NCBI RefSeq assembly: GCF_000143415.4
Contig: NW_003314337.1
Location: 513,234-577,233, forward strand
From: Selaginella moellendorffii
Taxonomy: Eukaryota > Plantae > Lycopodiophyta
Direction: 5' to 3'
DNA length: 64,000 nucleotides
In this document: in pieces, positions 38,560 through 49,800 of the stretch
How positions within the stretch are numbered: the first letter of the stretch is position 1
Layout of the letters: the number at the start of each line of letters is the position of its first letter
Made by a program: the position numbers and the translations under genes
Notes under the pieces: model-generated
Seen by the model: the letters and a program-made list of their open reading frames with translations, nothing else
Databases searched by the model: none
What the model was told of the DNA's origin: nothing

Positions 38560-38760
38560 ACAACCTTGTCCCGGGAACGCACACAACACAAAAACTATTA
38601 AGAAAAAAGAATAACGTAAATAATTTCAGCAAAAAGGTCCTGGCGATGTTGTTTTGTTTACCTGGGTTTTGGCTGTTGAGAGCCGAGGCTCAAAATGTAT
38701 CGTTCCTCACGGGAGAACCGTGAGATCGCCTGGGTACAAGAGGTTGATGCGTGGTACTTC
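38560..38760 (-). pseudogene. Germin-like gene fragment (exon 3 and part of exon 4)
   Basis: Homologous to 39523-39659, with an in-frame TGA and a deletion. Confidence 0.75.
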
Positions 38761-39302
38761 TAATGATCTCTACGAGATCGAGATCGAGATCAAGATGGAG
38801 AGATCGGTCTTATTTCCTCCATTATTTCCTGGAAGAACTTTCTCCGTGTATTGATGGTACATATACATGGAACTACTGCCACGTCATCTTACCTCTAACA
38901 AGCTTGATCATCACCGAAGCATGACTTAATGGAGCACGTGGCAGTAGTTCCATGTATATGTACTATCCATATATAGTTGAATACACGGAGAAAGTTCTTC
39001 CTCGGCATCTCTCCGCTGCTAACACTACTCTCATCCACAGCACTCCCTCTACCTAGTGGTTTTTGAAATAGAAACCACTTGATCAACCGCTTGATCAAGC
39101 TACCCAAGCAATTCACTGCAATGAAATCAGTAGGTAGAGTGTAAATCATCCAGAAAATCCAGCAGCAGCACGAGACTTGGACACGACCATTCTCTTGCTT
39201 CGAAACAAAGTCGGCCTTTAAATATAAGTGTTCCCATCGAAAAGCCAAACCAAGTGAAGGATGGATCACTTTAGTTACAGTGGACAATGTAAACAAAAGA
39301 CC

Positions 39303-40134
39303 TTAAATCTTGGTGGTGATGTTTTGGCCGGGAACGCACACGGCAGGCGGGGCCAACTTGAGTCGGAAGGAATATAGCAGCATATTAGCTTTGAGCTTCT
39401 GGATCATGTCCAGCCCTACGTTGAGCGCAGTTGCAACGGACCTGTCCGGGATCATCAAGAGAGCACCACCACTTTTCTACACACACACATCAGAAAAACG
39501 TGAAGAGAAAAGCTTTGTTTACCAGAGTTCCTGGGTTTTGGCTGTTGAGAGCTGAAATGTAAAACGCAGGCTTGGTCCCGACATTGATCTCAAAGTGCAT
39601 CATTCCCCGTGGGAATATCGTGATATCGCCCGGGTTCAAGAGGTTGATGCGTGGTACTCCTGGAAAATCACCCCATATGTTCTTTATAAGATCGAGAGAG
39701 AGCTTATTTTGCTACCAGCTGTATCCACGAATCCAACTTGAAGTGGCCCGCCAGAGATCATGGTGAGGAGCTCGGAAGCTCGAGGGTGCATGTGTGGGAG
39801 ATTGACTCCACAGGGAACCGAGTTAAAGTGTACATAAGTTATCCCTTGAGACCTGCAAAGAAAACCAAGGAAAACCTCGATTGGGATCTCCAAAGGCAAA
39901 GAGTTAAGAAAAGTACGTGATTCCTGGGAACAGTGTCGTGTTGATCGCTGCGCGAACGCCACCAGGTCCATTGCTCACGACCCCATTCTTGAACACATCT
40001 CGCAGCACGAAATTGCTAAGATCTTCCGACCCCTCGAAATCTCGCAGCGGGTCGGGGTCGGCAGCGCTCACAAACACATTCACGGCGGCAGCGCCCAGGA
40101 TCATTACCACCAGCATCGACTTCTTGGACTCCAT
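39303..40134 (-). CDS. Germin-like protein (cupin), 4 exons, apparently intact
   Basis: Exons 40134-39917, 39852-39716, 39659-39523, 39476-39303. Signal peptide, ADPDPLRDF, GVNLPHMHPRASE, GDITIFPRGMMHFE, ALNSQNPG. Confidence 0.92.
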
Positions 40135-43100
40135 CGCTCGAGATCTAGCCAAAGGAAGATTATCTCGTCTCCTTGTTCTTCAGAAACTTTGATTCAGGAA
40201 GAGAACGAGACGGGGCGAACGATGATAAATCTGCCAAGAGTGTACTGTGGCAAGTCTCAAAGTCAGAGATTAAAAACTCGCCAAGCTGGTTACGTTTCTA
40301 AATCTTTTCTTTACGAAAAAAATTAAGGTAAACTATTTTGACCTGAAAAAACATGACGTAGAGTTTTTGGTACATTCACACTTGTGAGATACGGGAAATA
40401 TTTTCTCCATTTTTTGTTCGCTCAATGTGCTATGTCTGTCATAATCTATAACTAGTGGAAGAATTATCGCAAAAGAAAAAGAGAGAAGAAGAAAGCTACG
40501 CAAGAATCGGGCGACGTTACTGTTTAAATCAGTGAAACTTAGTCAATCTCAGCTTAGCATCGCCAGCGATGCGTCTTTCTTGGAAAATCCAATGACACAT
40601 CACTCCACGACGTCGGACTTTGGAGAGCGCATCCGCCACACACAAACAATGATTCTTAAAGTGGCCTTCCCTTTCGAATATTCTTGTAACGAGTTTTGCA
40701 ATGGTTTTAGCTCGTACCAGCGAATTGCTTGGAGACTTGTGCTGCCGGGTGGATAGAGGAGCTTGATCAGGTCACGCAACAGACTGGTTTCTATCGAGAA
40801 AATCCAGCAGCAGCTTTCGACTTGGTACTCTGAAAGTCGATACAAGCATTCTCTGTTTCCTTTTCTTTCTTTAAATCCAGGTGATCACTTTGCAAAGTGT
40901 GTCGAGTTCGTGCATCATTTAGCTTAGTTGGAGGGAAGCGATTCCATTTTCTACTCCCAGCTAGTTTTGGAGCTTACAAGAGGAAACGAGCGAGAAAACT
41001 GTTGTATAGGGTTCACTGGAAAAGGATCTCCGTGAACACCGTTGGAGAATTTGATTTTCTCTTTCCAGCCATCTACGGTCGTAGAACACTGGGAAGTCTC
41101 CGTGAAGGTTTTGCTCTAAAGTGGAAGCAACTCAGGTAATATATAGTAAGTCTCGAAAATATTGTTGGTGGTGATTGTGAGTCACCATCACCACCATTAA
41201 TGAAGGCGAAGAATGGCGGACCATGGGGGAGTTATGTAAGGTTTAGTCCAATGCTCCTCAGTCGGACACACGTGATTGTGTACGATTACAGATTGCAAGC
41301 TGGCCTAAATTTTCTACTTGCAGTCGTTATGAATGATTTCATGTATCTAATCGGTGTCATACGGGGAAATTTTTAATGTGGATGGAAGTCACGAATGAAG
41401 GAATGCAAAGAATGCCAATAGCAAGAGCTAAAGCCATTGTATAGAATGGATGAAGAACAGCCATGGCTCAGATACTATTCACACTTGTAATACTTCTCCA
41501 AGACTGGGGGCCCATGCTCCCCCAAGAACACGTGAGGCGAGTGAGATCACCTGAATACTTTTTCTTTTTGTCTCTATGAATAGTACTTGAGCCATGGCTT
41601 GATCAATTACACATGGAGAAAGAGGAAAAAGGCAAGCTCAGAAGTTCAAGTTTGGGAACACAAATTTGAGAGGTTCAAGGTTAAAACTGTATTCCTAACC
41701 TTGATGTGAGCAGCAGTGACTATAAAAGTAAGATCTAGAATGTTTTTAGACTTATCCCTAATACAAAATACATTGCAATACACCATCATTCTGCCTATTT
41801 CTTTGGCTCTTCACAGCAATGTCTTACTTACCCACCACCTTCAAGGGATCAAAAGCATAGGACTAGTGCCTTCATGCACGTGTTCATAGTCTTTATTTGG
41901 TTTGGCACAAGTAGGTAAGTGCACTCTTCTTATAATGTAGTTTTAGATTTAGGGACTAGATTAGATTTGAAACTTCTAGGAAGATCTCGTGTGGACATTT
42001 TCCTCCCAGTTTAGAGAGTCCAGAAGTTTTCAACACAACAATGTGACAATTTTACAAGGTGCTGACAGGTACAATTGGATGCTATTTTTGTGGTGAGGCA
42101 TCTTGTTTTAAATCTTAAAGCCCAACTAAGAATCCAAGTACTTTTCATAACAAATTTGATTCTCAAATTTCAAGATTATGTTTGACTAAATCAGATTGTA
42201 GCAGATGGAGGAAGCCAGATGTGGCTGTATATGGCTAAAGCTTTAGGTAATTCAATTAACAAATATGAAGGTGTACTTCAAGGCTAGCCTATGTGCACTT
42301 CCATTCATCATGGTTGTCATTGCATTTGCTGCCAAAAGTGTAGGAGTAGTTACCATTGTTCTTAGCTTTACCAGGTTTGTTGGACTCTAGTACCAAACTT
42401 TAGTACTAGTAGTTGGAGGTTATAAGATTGATTTTGATGAAAGTTCTATTAAATTTTCATATTACCAAATTATACAGGTGAAATCAAGACTGAAAATTAT
42501 ATGCTATGGGTAGCATTTCTAGTACCAGCTTTGTTATAAATTGTCCAAGAAATTTGTGATATGTGATATTACATAAAGTTGTTAGCCACTCTAATCCAAT
42601 ATATACATTTGCATATATTACCATGAGGAAATTGTAAATTAAATAAATTTTACAAAAATAATTCTAAATTGATATTTCATATTTCTTTATTAAAACTTTA
42701 TTACACCACTCATATTCCGCCACCACCACCTTCTCTAGAGGTCATTAATAATGAATAGGAGTTTGATACTTAATTTAAAGTATTAATGTCATAAAATTTA
42801 GGTATTTTCTAAGTGATTGTATTTGGATGCCTACTTTTTATCTTACTCATGCTTCTAAGTTTGCCATCTCTCTATATTTACTAAATAGTATATTCATTAC
42901 TAGTGTTTAAAACACTAAACTTTTGCTCATAGGATTTGAACTCAAGACATGTTATGCACATGTCATTAGAAAAGTTTTGTAAGAATGTAAAAGTATTTTC
43001 AAATTACTATATATAGAGAATTATTTTGTTATATGAGCTTTAACAAGTTATTCATTTTTTATAAGAATTGAATGTAGCATACAACAAATCTCAATATGTT

Positions 43101-43267
43101 ATAAATTAAGTACCAACAATGTATATATATATATATAAAGAGTTTCAACCATTTATGAAAAAGTTAATAACTTATTCAGTCTACAGTTTTTTATCAAATA
43201 TTAAATCAATTAAAATTATTATAAAGTTAAAATAAAAGCATTTTACTGAATTAGATGTATTATTAAC

Positions 43268-46200
43268 TGTGAAGCCAAGTGTACGGCTACGATGCCATAT
43301 ACTAATATTAGCATAATGAGATTTTGGTAGCCGTCGAATTGGTTTCAATCCGGACCACTCGCTCCTATATATAAACTAGGGTTTTTGGGTTAATTGATAT
43401 GCACATTTTCTGTATTCCCTTTCCATATTCCAAACACTCACATTGGTGGAGATAAGGGGCACTTTTGATTGTCCCTAAGGAATGCTTGAATTTCGTATTT
43501 TGGTTTAGATTTAGCTTTTGTATCGTCTAGATTTAGCTTTTTCCATTTCCTTTCTTTTGTTTTTCCCTTTTAGGATTTTGGTTTAAATCTAGCTTTGTGG
43601 ATTGTCTAGATTTACCATTTCCTTCTAGTTTTTTGTCATTTCTCTTCTTTTACTTTTTCTTTTTTGTTTATCTTTATGGCAGATCAGCAATCTCCTCCTT
43701 TGACTTTGGAGCAGCAATTGGTCCAATTGCTTGATGCTATGCGCTTGCAATTGAACAACCAAACTCAATTAATGGCGGCATTTACGGCACGTGGTACAAC
43801 TCCTGCTCTTGGTGCCAATCCTCGCGTTCGGCCGGAGTTCTTTCGTGGGAATCTTGGGGATGATGTGTACCATTGGTTCAATCACTTCACAGTGATTGCC
43901 ACATCATTCTTGGGATGATGCTCGATGTTTGCATGAGTTTCCCACGTGTCTCCAAGGGACAGCATTACAGTGGTACAATGGTTTGAGCGCAGCCACTCGT
44001 GGGGATTGGAGTGTCCCAGACGTTTTCAAACGCGCCTTTGGATATGCCGACAATTGTGATGATGCCTTCCAACAATTGCATCGTTTTCACCAAGGGCCAT
44101 CTGAGTTGGTGATGCAATTTGGTGTTCGTTTCCAAAGTCTTTTACTTCGTGCGGAGCCCAATATGTCGGAGCGGATCAAGCTCAAAATGTTGTGGCTAGC
44201 ATTTCGTCAAGATCTTGTCGGACTTATACATGCACTTGCTCCTGCCACCCTTGACGATGCTCTTCGCTTAACACAAGGTTATGAGACGTGGCCTCTTCCA
44301 CTTCTCGCTACATGTCCTTCAGCTCCACTTCCTATGAGTGATAGTTCTGTTCCAATGGAGGTTGATGCTGCTGCTACTCGAGTCCAAGGACAAGGGCGAG
44401 GACGTGGTCGTGGCCGTGATGTTCGTTGATGGGCGTGTGATGAAATTGGTCATACTTATCAGCATTGTCAGCGTTTTCCGGATTGGCACCCTCCATTTCC
44501 TGGGTGGAGACCTTGGCATCAGCAACGTCCCATTGGTGCTGCTGTAGTGGAAGGTTTGGACACCGAAGTGCATCTAGGAAACGAGGAGTCGCACGAGTAA
44601 TGGAGGGACCTTGCGCGAATAAGTTAGTGACCCCTTCATCTTTCTTTCGGGAGTATCATCAAGGGGTTCACTCGGCACTGGTTCATCCAATGTTTACTTT
44701 CCAAGTTCATTTTTATAACAAGAGGTCTCCTATTATTCTCTCCGTGTTGGTTGATATAGGTTCAAGTTTATTTTCTATTGCTCGACCTATTACCATACGT
44801 TGTCATCTACACTTGCGTCATGCGGCAGAACCAGTTTTCATTCTTTATGGCAATGGCCGTACACATGCATGTGCACGGGATCAGGTGGACCTGGTTGTGT
44901 GTGTGGGCAATCTCGAGCTTGAGTTGCAGTTGTTGCGGGTGGTGCCGAGTCAAGTTTTTGACCTCATTCTTAGTATGGATTGGTTGCAGTGCAATCATGC
45001 CAAGTGTGACTTTGAGGCTTCTCCCTCTTGTCTCATACTTCCTTATGTTTCATCCATTCCTCTCACTTCTGTACCTCTTTGTCCCTCTACTTCTACCTCT
45101 GCTTCCATTACTTTTGTTCCACCACTATATCCTCCTGTGTTTCCATCTTGTTCTCCTTTTCCCTTTTTTGATCCCTCTGACGATCTTTGTGTTGCAGTGG
45201 TTGACTGGCTCATGAAGGAGTATTCTGATCTCTTTGAATTTGACCTATTGTCTGGGGCCAAGATTGCCACACGTCATCCGATTCCAATCGAGGATGCTCA
45301 TCCAATCAAGGTTCTTGTTCGTCATTGGTCACCAAAGGAGAGCAAGATTTTACGTGCAAATGTCAAGGAGATGTTAGAGAAGGGTGTTATTTGGAAGTCG
45401 TGGAGTCCTTGGGCATGTGAACCTCATCTTGTGATGAGGCCTGATGGGAGTCTTTGTTTCTGCATCGAGTATTGTTTGTTAAATGAAGTGACGATCCCAG
45501 ATGTGTACCCTCTTCCTCACACTGCTGATCTTTTAAATCGTCTAGAGCGAAATTGTTGGTTCACCAAGCTAGATCTTGCTTCTGGGTACTAGCAAGTACC
45601 GATGGCCGAAGAAGATATTCCTAAAATTGCTTTTTGTTCATCATTTGGTTTGTATGAGTTCTTGGTGATGTTGTTTGGTTTGAACAATGCTCCAACAACT
45701 TTCCAGCAGATGATGGACAAGATTCTTTCCGATATGCCGGAGGTGACTACTGACTTCATTGATGATGTCTTGATCCACTCGGAGGGGACATAGGAGGAGC
45801 ATATTCGTGATGTTTGTAAAGTGTTGGATCAACTACGTGACATTAGTTTAAAGCTGAAGTGGTCAAAGTGCGTGTTTGAGTCCAAGGACACAACTTATCT
45901 TGGGTACTGTATTTCTCATGAGAGTTTGTAAGTTGATCCTAACAAACTTGTGGTTATTCTAAAGTTCCCTACTTCGAAGTGTGTGAATGATGTGTAATGC
46001 TTCTTGGGCAAGGTGCGGTATTTCAGTCGTTTTGTGGATCATCTTTCTGATCGCATTGCACCATTATGAGCGTTGCTGAAGTCATCAACATCATCTTTCA
46101 TCTGGTCTCTGGATTGTGAGTAGGCATTTGGGGATCTCAAAGAGCTATTGATAACTCCTCCGGTTTTGGCATATCCTGACTACACTCGACCTTTTATTTT

Positions 46201-46816
46201 GCGCATGGATGCTTATGACATTGGTCTTGGAGGTGTGTTAATGTAAGAGAGCTCGTGTGTGCCTGGTCAGTGCCATCCTATTACGTATATAAGCCATACA
46301 TTACAATCAGCGGAGATGAACTACTCCACGATGGAGAAGGAGTGTTTAGCAGTAGTCTAGGGTTTTGAGAAACTTCATGCATATTTACATATTTCTCGGA
46401 CGTTACTTGAAGGTGACCATGCTACTGTTACTTCATTATTGAAGTGGAAGAACCTAGTTCATCGTATTGTTCGGTGGGCTTTGAAGCTTCAAATATATGA
46501 TTTTGATGTTGTTCATCGCTCAGGGAGTTTTATGGCTGATGCTGATGCCCTTTCTCGAGCTCCTCTTCCTTCTCCACTCTCTTCTCATATTTCTGACGAG
46601 CCTGTTATTCCAGCATCTGAGACGAGGATTCTATGCCATCGGCGGTTGTTGTACTTGACGTTTAGTGTCCACAAGGTGCAGAGCAAGATCTACCTTCTCT
46701 TGATGAGGTTCGCGAAGCTCAAAAGATTGAGTCGTGAATTCGAAGGCTTCGAGATGGGTTTGAGAATCTTGCAGCACTTGCTGATGACTTGCCTTTCCAG
46801 CATTTACATTCTCAAT
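43268..46816 (+). mobile_element. Decayed Ty3/Gypsy retrotransposon, family B (LTR 43268-43442, PBS 43444-43453, gag-PR-RT-RNaseH pseudogene)
   Basis: TG...CA LTR of ~175 bp; PBS TGGTGGAGAT; gag from 43676; protease-like VLVDIGSS; RT LDLASGY and FIDDVLIHS; RNase H NYSTMEKECLAVV and DADALSR. Many stops. No integrase seen before the interruption at 46817. Confidence 0.92.
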
Positions 46817-49800
46817 TGTCGCGCATGTGACTTCGGGTATCGAAAGTTACCTGTCAACCAGTCCTTACGGACACTCTTACCTTACTGCCACGATAGCAGG
46901 AGGTCGGTATTGCTGGACCCTTTATCAGCCCCTCTTGTTCAAGTGTTAGTAAACTGGACTTTGCATCTGTACTTGGCCAGATGAGCATAAGGACGGAATT
47001 CCTAAGTGTCTATTTAGCCAAGCATACTTGGCCTGGCTTTTTAGTTCTCTTTTGCTCTGTCTTGCACTGGCTTGACAAGAACCCTTGCGTATTGAGATTG
47101 GTCCCTCAATATCGCTGGATGATAGCTTACTGTGTTTGCCAAACACCCTCGCTATCATGCCCTTTGTGTTAGTCTCATTTCGGTCCCAAATGCTATTTAT
47201 GGAAAGTGTCCAGATTTGCTCATTTAGCATATCTACGGAATGTAGAGATCGGCCTGAACACAATGGTGTTCGTCCCGTGTCCAAATTCGCAATCTAAGGA
47301 CATTCCATATTTAGTAAGTTTCGAGCTTGTCCCAGAGACTAACTCCTGATACTAAGGGAGGCTTGGGGTGAAAGCCCAAAGCGTGTGTTCCTCAAGGGGG
47401 GGGGGGGGGGGGGCTGTGGGGGGTTCCAAATGTATAGTAGGGATAGTGGGTAGGTCGGGCATGACCGACCAACCTGAGGCATAGTCTAGCTCCCGCTTGT
47501 GTGTCTGTCCTTGTTCTGCGTCCGGCTTGGGTCTAAGCCCAAGTTCCATTCCATGCTAGCTGGTGGAGTACCCATATCCTCACGTTAGGCCACCGGTATG
47601 CCGAAATAGCACCAAACTCCATTTGGCTCCGTTTTGCATGCTGGTCCTGGCATTGGGATGCTGGTTGCTTCAGGACTGTTCCAAGTTGCTCCGGGCCCCT
47701 ATCCCTTCGCTCCTTGGGCTGTATGCTCGGGAGTTGCTCTGTGGTTCGGTTCCATCACTCCTTGGCTCCATGCTTGGGAGTTTGGCACCGTTAGTTCGTT
47801 TAGTGGCCCAAGGCCTTGAACCTTGGGTTCCTATGGACACGTGGCATGGACACATGGCATGTGACACATGGCATCTGTCACGTGGCATAAAGAGGGTTTA
47901 GGTTCCGCTTCGTAGTGTTATCCTATGGTAAATCACCATAGGATAAAGGGTCAAAACCACGTGCGCTACATTTGGTATCAGAGGATGAGTCTCGGCGAGT
48001 ATTATCCAATGAGATTGGGCAACTAGTCTCGTTGCATACGCAGAGATGAAAACGATGATCCGAGTGGGTACACGTTAGGGTGCAAAGACTTCGCATTGGT
48101 TCCTTGGGATAGGTTTTGGGTTACCTTGTTGTACCTTATGATGTGAGCTTGCGCTTGGGCTCATAGGATGGTTTGGAGATGTTCCGTTTGCACGAGTTTG
48201 AGCTTGGGCTCGTGAGTGAGGTGCATTAGCAACTCGAGGTTACACTTTGAGTTGGCAGGATTAATGTAAGCCTATCGATGGTTCCAGTGGTTCCGTAAGT
48301 TGTTTCATGTACCATGGGTGAAAGCAAAACTCCCTGGGTTTGCTATGAGTGGCAAATAGGCTAGCCCATAGCTGTTTAGCATGGCATTAGTAGATCCTTC
48401 CTAGGCATGGTTACAAGTGGATCAATTAAGACCATAGGAATTAGTCTATTGGTTCAAGTAGTCATGGCCGTGCTCTCTCATAAACTTTTTTTCGATTGAA
48501 CTGAAGGCAGTGCGAAAGCAAGCTTGAGGTTTGGTCAAAGATGAGACCGAAAAGAGAGTCATCGGGGACGAAGGATCAAATACGTAAATCATTTTCTCTT
48601 CTTGGAGAGATGATTTGCAACGAGGTGCTAACTCATTACTTGTGTTCACATCATGCAATCAAGAGTCCCTATCTTGATGCATGTTGGAGATGGTGGCCTT
48701 ACAATGGTGAGTTGTGGGATGGATAGCGGTGAAGTGCTATACCATTTTGTCTAGGCTTGCTATTGGAAGACTTGGGTTGCAATGCTCAATTCTTTTCCGG
48801 GGAACCTTGCTATTGCTCCTTGTGTAGCTTGGTGTTGGATTAGTTTTGAGATTGGTCAGAAAGAGAGTGGCATGAGCTTGTCTGATGTAAACAAAAGTTA
48901 GTGGTGTCGGGTGTTGTAAATCTCTATCGGTGGGGTGTGGCATTTATGTTGCATTTTGTCGAATCGAGGTGACACTTGATATTCACATAAACCTTTGAAG
49001 TAATGACATGGGCATTGCTCATAGTGTTGCTTGATTGATGATCAAGTCATTGTGATACTTATATCATATCCATGTGATAGTGAGCAATGTGTTTACGAAG
49101 TTGCTTGGGTAAATGATGATCAACCCCAAAGTGCTTGATAGTGAAGCTAGTCTACTTGCACGAAGTAGCATTGTAGTAGCTTTGACTGGATTCTCGGTGA
49201 TGGTCCATTATGCTAAGCTTATGTTGGTACCTTGTTTCTTTGAGTTTGCTTATTAGGTGTTAGAAATGGGTTGTAGCATTCATTTGCTATAGCTCATCTG
49301 TTGATCCGTTAGCACTTGGAGTAGATTGTTGGATGGAGAAGGTGTGTAGTTGGGGCATTGACATTGCTAGCACTGGTGTTAGTGGAAGTGGCATTGTTAT
49401 TTCGAGTGATGAGGAATTTTCCTTAGACCTTGATTTTTCATGTCATTTTTCTTGTTAGTGTTTTGACTTCACATTGAATCTTGAAGGTGATTGAAGAAGA
49501 GTGTTAATGCAATATGGATATCCGAAGATGTGGTCGTCGTGATCAAGCCTTGGGTGTTCACTTTGCATTTTGCGGATGTCGGTGTTAGATATCGGTTAGA
49601 TGGGTAAAGATGTTCGAGGCTTAAGCATACTATGGGTCATGAGAATTTGTGTTGAGGTGAACCTATGTGAAGTTGTTGGTAGGAGGAAATTGATTGAGTC
49701 TTGAAAGTTTGCATTCCTAGACTGAGAGTCATTCTTTCTCTAGAATGGAAAGATTTTTCCACAAATTTTCTTAGACTTTTCTAATGGCTGATCTATTATC

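Noticed and set aside
41150-43260. Possible decayed TE or gene
   Set aside because: No ORF, termini or motif I could support; left unannotated.
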